Assembly (NCBI GenBank): GCA_033763315.1
Contig: JANRKS010000035.1
Location: 174,291-238,290, forward strand
Reading direction: 5' to 3'
Source of the DNA: Deltaproteobacteria bacterium
Lineage (GTDB): Bacteria; Myxococcota_A; Polyangia; Fen-1088
DNA length: 64,000 nucleotides
The stretch's first letter is position 1. Each line of letters opens with the position of its first letter. Below are positions 57,085-64,000 of the stretch, in pieces. Position numbers and translations under genes: made by a program. A model generated the notes under the pieces. The model was given only the letters and a program-made list of their open reading frames with translations. It was not told where the DNA came from and made no database searches.

Positions 57085-59997
57085 ATGACCACAGCTGCGC
57101 CCGTCACATCCACCCTTGAGCGCGAGCTCCGCAATTACGTGCGGCAACAGGGACTTGTTGTTTGGCTTGACCCAGACGGCGCATACAGCCAGTTCGTCGA
57201 TCGCTTGCCTGGCCTCGGATTCCCATACCCCGTGGTTGCCTTTCGCGGCAGCTTTCTTGAGCTGATGCTTGCCCTTGAGCCCCATGGCAACGACCTTGAA
57301 CCCGTAAACAATAAGGTGTTGGTGCATATGCCCGGGTTCAACACCAGCAGCATCGTTGAAACCCCCATGCTGGAGCTCTATCGCGCAGGCAAATGCTTCC
57401 AGAAGAACCTCGCCACGTTGGTGGCTGAATCTGCGCACGGGATCGCCCTGCCTGAAGAGGTTGCCGCCTTCATCAAGCGACCTCAACTATCACTCGCTTC
57501 CGCAGACGATTGGCTTGCCAATTTGCGCCGGGGAGAGACCACCCAGAACGACGCGCTTGAAATCTACCTTCAGGGGCGCGGTACCGATGGCATTCTAGAG
57601 GACTTTCTCAACAACGATGGCCGCGTCGCCGCCCTGCTTGGGACGCCACCTTCGCAAGAAGCGTCGAGCCGCATTCTTGAGCATCTTCGACGCGCCCTCG
57701 GCGTTACCCCAAGCTGGGAATCGCTGAGGTTCCCCTCGAAGAGGGCCTACGAGCCTAACGATTTGCTCGATCTATCGTTGAGCTGGCTGATGGCCGTCGA
57801 GTTCGTCAACGACCTCAAAGAGCCCCCCGTGCTGGAAGAGCTGAAGCCCTTGGCCGTACTGCCCGCACCCCTTGTCAAGGAATGTCGGCAACTCGTGACC
57901 ACCATTCGAAGCCGTCACGCCGAAAAGTACCGGACCCTCGCCATTGATGTTGAAAGCACCCTTGATGCTGAACGCAAAAGTCACCACGCACGCGCTTTGG
58001 GGAACATTGATACTTTCGCTTTCGAGGAACTGGCGATTCGCGGCGCTGCCCTAACCGCCTTGCTGCAGAACGATTGGGAGAAAGTAAATTCCTACGCATT
58101 GGATCGCACAGCCGAAACCTGCTTTTGGGTGCGGCACGATCCCATCCGCCAGCGCGTCTGGACCCTCATTCGAAGCGCCGCGCTTGCCGGCCTTGCGATT
58201 TCCGAGAACCAAAATCCCTTCGTTTCTGCCCGATCGCTTGATGAGGCCCTGAAGTGCTACGCAGACAAAGCCTTCGTCGTGGATCAACGGCACCGGTCAT
58301 TCGAGCAAACGGCGTTCGCGCAATTGCGCACCGACCTTCTCGATTATGACAGCCTTCTTGATGTGCAAGCTCACATCAGGCGCGCCTATCGGGATTGGGC
58401 CGATGCACTCGCCATACGCTTCGCCGATCTTTGTCAGCAATATGGCCCGCTGCCCAGCGCAGAGCTGCGCCAACGCGAGGTTTACCTGCGGCATGTGCAC
58501 CCCATCGTGCAGGAGAATACGCCCGTTGCGTATTTTATGGTCGATGCCATGCGGTTCGAAATGGCCCACGAGCTTGCCGGCGCCTTCAAGGAAAGCAAGT
58601 TCAAAGTTTCGCTGTTCAGTGCACTTGCCGAGCTACCATCCGTCACGGAAGTGGGCATGAACGCACTGGCGCCTGTAAGCCGAGAAGGACGTTTGCGCCC
58701 TGTCATTAGCGATACGTCATTCAGTGGAATGCGGGCCGGGGAGTTTACCGTCCGCGCCCCGAAAGACCGGATCGCGGCGATGAAGGCGCGCAGCTTGCAA
58801 ACAGAGCCGATCGACATTGAGCTTGACGATCTGGTTCACCTTTCCGTTGAAAAAGTGAAGGACAAACTGCGGCGCAAATCGAACCTGGTTGTGGTTCGCA
58901 GCCGCGAACTTGATAAGGCGGGTGAGACCAGCGTTCACTTGGGCACCTTCACCACGATCTTGGCTCAGCTGCGGGACGCAGTGAATTTGCTGTCGCAAGC
59001 GGGCATCGAGTGCTTCGTTCTCGCCTCAGACCACGGATTCCTGCTGCAGGATAGCGCCACCACCCAAAGCGAATCTTTAGGTGCACGAATGGGGGGAAAG
59101 AAGGCGCGGTACATGCTTTCGGAAAACCCTGTGGGGGCCACGGCAGACACGCTTGAGATACCGCTCACAGCCTTACAGTACGATGTTTCCCAGGAGCACT
59201 ATTTAGTGCTGAGGAAAGACACCGCGATGTGGAAGACATCGGAAAAGGTGGCGCCTTTTGTTCACGGTGGCAATAGTGCCCAAGAACGTGTGATTCCGGT
59301 TTTGGTGCTGCGCGGTCGCGGGCCGCGTGGCAAGACGGCCACAGAGTACGAAGTTGTTGCCACAGCGTTACCCGCCTTGCAGGGAAGGCAGCGGTTGAAG
59401 ATCGAGCTTCGGCTGCAGCGGCGCAACACAGCCACGATGGATTTTCACGGCCCCAAGAAGATCAGCCTGGCTTTGCGCGTTCCCGGCCGCGCCGACGTGG
59501 GCATTCAAATGGTTTCGGCATCGCCACCAGCAACGATAGAGCGCGGAATGTTGTTCGTTCCCCCCGGGGCCGACGCCGCCATTGTGGAGTTCGAGCTTGA
59601 TGGCCCCACAGACGATCGTGTCAAAGTTGAGGTGTTTCACGCCGAGGGCCTCGAAATCGTTGCGCCCAAGATTGTAGATGACTTTTTTGATGTGGTTCGC
59701 GACCGCAGGCGCTCCGCGGTGCCGCCCCCTCCCCTGCCCGAGCAAACGCCTTCAGCCCCCGCACAAGACTGGCGCAGTTCGATCGAAGATGCTGACTATC
59801 GAAAGGTTTTCGAGGTTCTGGAGGTCAACCGATCCGTCAATGAGGTTGAGCTGCACGACATACTCGGGTCGCCCCGACGTGTGCGCATATTCGCACGACA
59901 CTATGACGAGCTTGTTCGCCTTGTGCCGTTCCGTGTGGAGATCGTGACCCAAAGCGGATTGAAGACGTACGTTAAGAAAGACGACAGGAAGCTTTAA
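57085..59997 (+). CDS. pglZ: BREX alkaline-phosphatase-fold protein PglZ (BrxZ)
   Basis: VVWLD, VDAMRFE, LPSVTEVGM, SDHGF, FVHGG. Confidence 0.92.
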   Translation: MTTAAPVTSTLERELRNYVRQQGLVVWLDPDGAYSQFVDRLPGLGFPYPVVAFRGSFLELMLALEPHGNDLEPVNNKVLVHMPGFNTSSIVETPMLELYRAGKCFQKNLATLVAESAHGIALPEEVAAFIKRPQLSLASADDWLANLRRGETTQNDALEIYLQGRGTDGILEDFLNNDGRVAALLGTPPSQEASSRILEHLRRALGVTPSWESLRFPSKRAYEPNDLLDLSLSWLMAVEFVNDLKEPPVLEELKPLAVLPAPLVKECRQLVTTIRSRHAEKYRTLAIDVESTLDAERKSHHARALGNIDTFAFEELAIRGAALTALLQNDWEKVNSYALDRTAETCFWVRHDPIRQRVWTLIRSAALAGLAISENQNPFVSARSLDEALKCYADKAFVVDQRHRSFEQTAFAQLRTDLLDYDSLLDVQAHIRRAYRDWADALAIRFADLCQQYGPLPSAELRQREVYLRHVHPIVQENTPVAYFMVDAMRFEMAHELAGAFKESKFKVSLFSALAELPSVTEVGMNALAPVSREGRLRPVISDTSFSGMRAGEFTVRAPKDRIAAMKARSLQTEPIDIELDDLVHLSVEKVKDKLRRKSNLVVVRSRELDKAGETSVHLGTFTTILAQLRDAVNLLSQAGIECFVLASDHGFLLQDSATTQSESLGARMGGKKARYMLSENPVGATADTLEIPLTALQYDVSQEHYLVLRKDTAMWKTSEKVAPFVHGGNSAQERVIPVLVLRGRGPRGKTATEYEVVATALPALQGRQRLKIELRLQRRNTATMDFHGPKKISLALRVPGRADVGIQMVSASPPATIERGMLFVPPGADAAIVEFELDGPTDDRVKVEVFHAEGLEIVAPKIVDDFFDVVRDRRRSAVPPPPLPEQTPSAPAQDWRSSIEDADYRKVFEVLEVNRSVNEVELHDILGSPRRVRIFARHYDELVRLVPFRVEIVTQSGLKTYVKKDDRKL

Positions 59998-59998
59998 G

Positions 59999-61324
59999 AT
60001 GGCACTTTCGCAACAAGAGGCTAACCACATCTTTCAACGGCTTCGCAGCGGCGCTGTGCCTGAAAGAGGGCTTGAAACGTTCGCCGTGGGCATCGAGCGT
60101 CCCCGCGGGGAGATTGGCAGAATGCTGCGCGCGGCCCGTGAGGATAAAGCTGGGGACGTTAAATTCTTGCGGGGTGGCTACGGCTGCGGCAAGACCTTCA
60201 TGTCGAATTTGGCGATTCTCGATGCCAAACGCGAAAACTTCGTCACCAGCTTTGTGGTTGTCTCTGACAACGATCTGCACTTTCACAAGTTTGATGAGCT
60301 TTACCGCAAAGTGGTGAACGGTCTTTCAACCTCCGCGTGCCCCCAAGGGGCACTGGGGGACATCGTGGATCGGTGGATAGGCTCGCTTGAAGAGTCGCTC
60401 ATCAAGACCTTTGGCGTCAGTGAAGACGACCCGAACTTCGACGAAAAAGTCTTAAGAAAGCTGGACGAGCAGCTTGCCGCACTCACGGGCGGACGCGCTC
60501 CCGCTGATATGGTGCGGGTGATTCGTGAGTTGTTTCGCCAGAAGCAAATGGGCAACTTGCCCAATGCCGCCGGCTTACTTTCGTGGTTGTCCGGCAGCCA
60601 AAACGTGGCCAGCAGCATAAAGAAGTTGGCCGGCATCAAAGGAGACATCGGCAGCGATGTCGCCATGGACTACCTTCGCGGCGTGCTGGAGATCTGCAAG
60701 AGTGCTGGATACTCAGGGCTGATGATCGTCATCGACGAAGCGGAGACGATCCTCCGCATGAAGGGCGACGTTCGCGGAAAGTCGCTCAACGGCATTCGGC
60801 AGATTGTTGACGCTTCGGGTGGGTTGCCTGGCCTGCTATGGCTTTTCACTGGCACACCGCAGTTCTTCGACGACCGCCGCGGCGTGAAGAGCCTTGAACC
60901 CTTGGACGAGCGGATCCGGTTCCAAAAGTTCGGCGAAGTGGCAAGCCTAAAGCAGCCCCAGCTAGAACTGAAGCCGTTCGACCGAGAGCGACTGATTGGC
61001 GTCGCCCTGCGTCTTCGATCTCTGCATCCAGATGCGGCACCAGAGATGATGGAACATCGGATGCCCAAGGAGTTCATCGAGAAGTTGGTCGATAAGGTCA
61101 ATGAGGGCTTTCACGGCAACGTTGGAGTGGTTCCGCGCCAATTCCTTCGAAAGCTCGTAAACATCATGGATATTCTGGTTGAAAATCCTGAGCAGGACGT
61201 GTGGTTGCTGCTTGGTTTTGAAGCAGAGAATCTTTCTGCCGAGGAGAAGAGCGCCATCGATGGCAAGCCGCTGCCATTGCCCGACGACGAGACCATTTTC
61301 GAAGGCGCCGGCGTTCAGATGTGA
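59999..61324 (+). CDS. brxD: BREX ATP-binding protein BrxD (DUF2791)
   Basis: LRSGAVP, RGGYGCGKT, IVIDEAE, FTGTP, VPRQFLR. Confidence 0.88.
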   Translation: MALSQQEANHIFQRLRSGAVPERGLETFAVGIERPRGEIGRMLRAAREDKAGDVKFLRGGYGCGKTFMSNLAILDAKRENFVTSFVVVSDNDLHFHKFDELYRKVVNGLSTSACPQGALGDIVDRWIGSLEESLIKTFGVSEDDPNFDEKVLRKLDEQLAALTGGRAPADMVRVIRELFRQKQMGNLPNAAGLLSWLSGSQNVASSIKKLAGIKGDIGSDVAMDYLRGVLEICKSAGYSGLMIVIDEAETILRMKGDVRGKSLNGIRQIVDASGGLPGLLWLFTGTPQFFDDRRGVKSLEPLDERIRFQKFGEVASLKQPQLELKPFDRERLIGVALRLRSLHPDAAPEMMEHRMPKEFIEKLVDKVNEGFHGNVGVVPRQFLRKLVNIMDILVENPEQDVWLLLGFEAENLSAEEKSAIDGKPLPLPDDETIFEGAGVQM

Positions 61325-61339
61325 GGGGAGAGTGCATCC

Positions 61340-63445
61340 ATGAGCATCTTCCAACGATTCCCCGAACGCCTTCAGCACGCCATCTCCAGTCACTTAGGTT
61401 TCTCAAGCCTCAGGCAAGTTCAGGAGATGGCCGGCGAAGCTATCCTCGCAGGAAAGAACACGGTGGTGTTGGCGCCCACGGCTGGGGGGAAAACGGAAGC
61501 ATCGATCTTCCCGGTGATCGCGGGACTGCTGGAGAATCCACCAAGCGCGGTGGGTGCGTTGTATGTGGCCCCCATCAAAGCTTTGCTGAACAACCAAGAA
61601 GTGCGGTTAGGCAACTACACACAGATGGTTGGCCTTGACCGTTTCGTCTGGCATGGCGATTCATCGGCCAGCGAAAAGTCGAAGTTCCTGCGCACGCCCG
61701 CCGAATTGCTGATGACCACACCAGAATCTCTGGAAGTGATGCTCATGTCGCCACGGGTGCCGACCAAGCGCATCTTCGAGAGCCTGCGGTGGATCGTGAT
61801 CGATGAGGTTCACGCCTTTTCTGGCGAGGATCGCGGAGCACACCTTATGAGTGTGATCGAGCGGTTGGCATTTCTATCAAAGCACGACATTCAGCGCATT
61901 GGCCTCTCAGCCACTGTCGGCAACCCCACGCAAATCGCGAAGTGGTTGAAGGGCAGCTCCTCCAGGGAATCGGCGGTGGTGGACCCTCCACGCCCGCCGA
62001 GCCAAAGACAGATCAGAATTTTTCTGCAGCCCGACGTCAACGAGTTTTCTCGCGAAGCCGCAAGACAAACGCGCGGCAAGAAGAGCCTATTCTTCTGCCA
62101 GAGCCGGGCACTTTCTGAAAGTGTTGCCGACAAGATGAGAGCGGAGACCATCGACGTTTACGTTCATCATGGTTCGGTATCGAAGGAAGAAAGACAGGCC
62201 GCCGAAGAGAGGTTCGCGCAAGGAACCAACGCGTGCATCGTTTGCACCTCAACCCTTGAGCTTGGCATTGACGTTGGGGGCCTGGACCTCACATTTCAGG
62301 CCAACGCACCGAGCACGGTCTCGAGTTTCCTTCAGCGGATGGGAAGAACCGGCCGTCGCGAAGGGGTCGTCCCGAACATGACGTTCATGTGCGAGGATAC
62401 CGTAGCGCTGGTGCAATCGGTCGCCCTTGTTTTGCTTGCACAGGAACGGTGGGTCGAGAACGTTGCGGTGCAAACGCGATGCTGGCCGGTGCTGGTGCAC
62501 CAGCTGTTGGCACTCACGCACGAGCACGGAGGCATTGGCCTTGAGCGTTGCTGGCAAGTCGTTTCGCGCGTCCCTGATTTTCATGGGATTTCGCGCCAAG
62601 AGTTCGACGCCCTCGTCTCGCATATGCTCAAAGAGGACTATCTGTTCGAATCTGGTGGCCTCATCAGCATGGGAGAAAAGGCAGAGAAGGTTTTCGGCAA
62701 GAAGAACTTCATGGAACTCTATGCTGTCTTCAGTAGCCCCATCCTCTACAAAGTCGTCACCGAGACCGGCCAAGATCTTGGCTCGTTGGAACAGAACTTT
62801 GTCGATCGTTTGGTTGAAGATATGAGTACGTTCCTGCTAGGCGGGCGAGCCTGGATGGTGCTGCACATCGACCACCGGGATCGGGTGGTCAAAGTGCAGG
62901 CGGCACCTAGAGGAAAGATGCCCAGCTGGGGCGGCTTTGTCCCCCAGCTTCTCGACTTTGAGCTATGCCAAAAGATGAAGCAAATCTTGTTGGAGCAAAC
63001 CCAGTATCCGTTCGTGGATCCTGAGGGCCAAGATGCGCTTTCCGAATGGCGGCGTGATCTCGGTGAGACACTGCGCAACGATGAGAAGGGCTTTCGTGAA
63101 GAAGGTGCCTCGGTACGTTGGTGGACATTCGCCGGAGGCAGGATCAACCACACTCTTCGCTACGCCTTGGGATGGAAGACGGGTTGGAAGATCGTTCCTG
63201 ACAACTTCTCGCTGCGCATTGAAGGCGATGGCGTCAGCCTGAACGCGGTCCTTTCGCAATTGGCGAACTTCAAACGCGCAACGTTCTGGGACGACGAGCA
63301 GAATCGAAAACAGATCATGGCTTTGGCCCCCCAGTACCGCTTAAGTAAGTTCCAGCAAGCGCTTCCGGATAGATGGCAAACAGAAATGATTGGCGCCTAT
63401 CTCTTGGACTTCGAGGGCGCCAAGACGATCGTGGGCTCGGTGTGA
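61340..63445 (+). CDS. brxHI: BREX Lhr-like DEAD/DEAH helicase BrxHI
   Basis: APTAGGKTE, TTPESLE, DEVH, GLSAT, STLELGIDVG, QRMGRTGRR; follows brxD. Confidence 0.88.
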   Translation: MSIFQRFPERLQHAISSHLGFSSLRQVQEMAGEAILAGKNTVVLAPTAGGKTEASIFPVIAGLLENPPSAVGALYVAPIKALLNNQEVRLGNYTQMVGLDRFVWHGDSSASEKSKFLRTPAELLMTTPESLEVMLMSPRVPTKRIFESLRWIVIDEVHAFSGEDRGAHLMSVIERLAFLSKHDIQRIGLSATVGNPTQIAKWLKGSSSRESAVVDPPRPPSQRQIRIFLQPDVNEFSREAARQTRGKKSLFFCQSRALSESVADKMRAETIDVYVHHGSVSKEERQAAEERFAQGTNACIVCTSTLELGIDVGGLDLTFQANAPSTVSSFLQRMGRTGRREGVVPNMTFMCEDTVALVQSVALVLLAQERWVENVAVQTRCWPVLVHQLLALTHEHGGIGLERCWQVVSRVPDFHGISRQEFDALVSHMLKEDYLFESGGLISMGEKAEKVFGKKNFMELYAVFSSPILYKVVTETGQDLGSLEQNFVDRLVEDMSTFLLGGRAWMVLHIDHRDRVVKVQAAPRGKMPSWGGFVPQLLDFELCQKMKQILLEQTQYPFVDPEGQDALSEWRRDLGETLRNDEKGFREEGASVRWWTFAGGRINHTLRYALGWKTGWKIVPDNFSLRIEGDGVSLNAVLSQLANFKRATFWDDEQNRKQIMALAPQYRLSKFQQALPDRWQTEMIGAYLLDFEGAKTIVGSV

Positions 63446-63552
63446 GGACTCGCGCCTGGGTTTGAAGCCCCTGCGAGGGGCGTTCCTCAGGATCAGTTAA
63501 CAGACGACGACAACGGCATGAAAAGCGCGTTTTGAAGAAAGGTTGCGCCAGA

Positions 63553-64000
63553 ATGTCTATACCTGACTATCAGTCATTGATGCTTCCCCTCCTTCAAGCA
63601 ACCAGCGACGGCAAGGAACACGCCATCAATGACCTCCGCGACACCATCGCAAAGTCCTTGGGGCTCACTGAAGGCGACCGAGAAGAACTGCTGCCGAGTG
63701 GCAAGCAAGCGGTCTATAACAATCGGCTCGGATGGGCGAAGACTTACCTGGACAAGGCAGGCTTACTTCGCAGCGTCCGGCGTGGCGTCTATCAGATTAC
63801 CGATCGCGGTCGCGCGACCTTGGCGGAGCACCCTAACCGCGTGGACGTCGCGACGCTTGCACGCTTTCAGGAGTTCGAGGACTTTCGACGTCGCCCGGAC
63901 GCCACCGACCTTGCCGTTCAGTCAATTGAACCTCGGCCCGAAACCGCCGCCATCCAAAGTGAAACGCCGCAGGAGTCTCTCGACACCGTTTACCAGCAAC
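63553..64000 (+). CDS. mrr: Mrr-family restriction endonuclease (partial, runs off right edge)
   Basis: Manual translation MSIPDYQSLMLPLLQ...LLPSGKQAVYNNRLGWAKTYLDKAGLL...RGVYQITDRG (Mrr_N domain). Confidence 0.88.
   Translation, partial: MSIPDYQSLMLPLLQATSDGKEHAINDLRDTIAKSLGLTEGDREELLPSGKQAVYNNRLGWAKTYLDKAGLLRSVRRGVYQITDRGRATLAEHPNRVDVATLARFQEFEDFRRRPDATDLAVQSIEPRPETAAIQSETPQESLDTVYQQ

Overview
GC-rich bacterial window, Myxococcota-like by inference from its Cys/Gly-rich lipoproteins and a type 6 BREX locus. Positions 1-5.3 kb are host genes (lipoproteins, yajQ, a desaturase, a Tat-exported TIM-barrel protein, a cupredoxin), followed by tRNA-Asp(GTC) at 5421-5494. A ~33.1 kb integrative element (5475-38585) sits in the tRNA 3' end, bounded by a perfect 23-bp direct repeat. 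Its att core lies inside the tyrosine integrase gene, so excision would swap the integrase C-terminus (Mx8-like). The element carries a coupled HTH / primase-helicase / family A DNA polymerase / Xis / Int operon and no recognisable virion or conjugation genes. Its cargo is a SNF2-DUF1156-DUF499 restriction-like system with two divergent methyltransferases, a nested Gabija-like OLD+UvrD pair, two PD-(D/E)XK nuclease candidates and an unnamed membrane protein + two metallo-beta-lactamase-fold + small protein operon. Right of attR is a complete type 6 BREX locus (brxE-A-B-C, pglX, pglZ, brxD, brxHI) with nested AlbA_2/Schlafen-like, SIR2-HerA, Shedu-like, lipoprotein-amidase and XRE-IrrE genes, then a partial mrr. 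pglX shows a sharp G/T-rich to C/A-rich strand-skew flip across its target-recognition region. All family calls come from motif reading only; no database searches were run.
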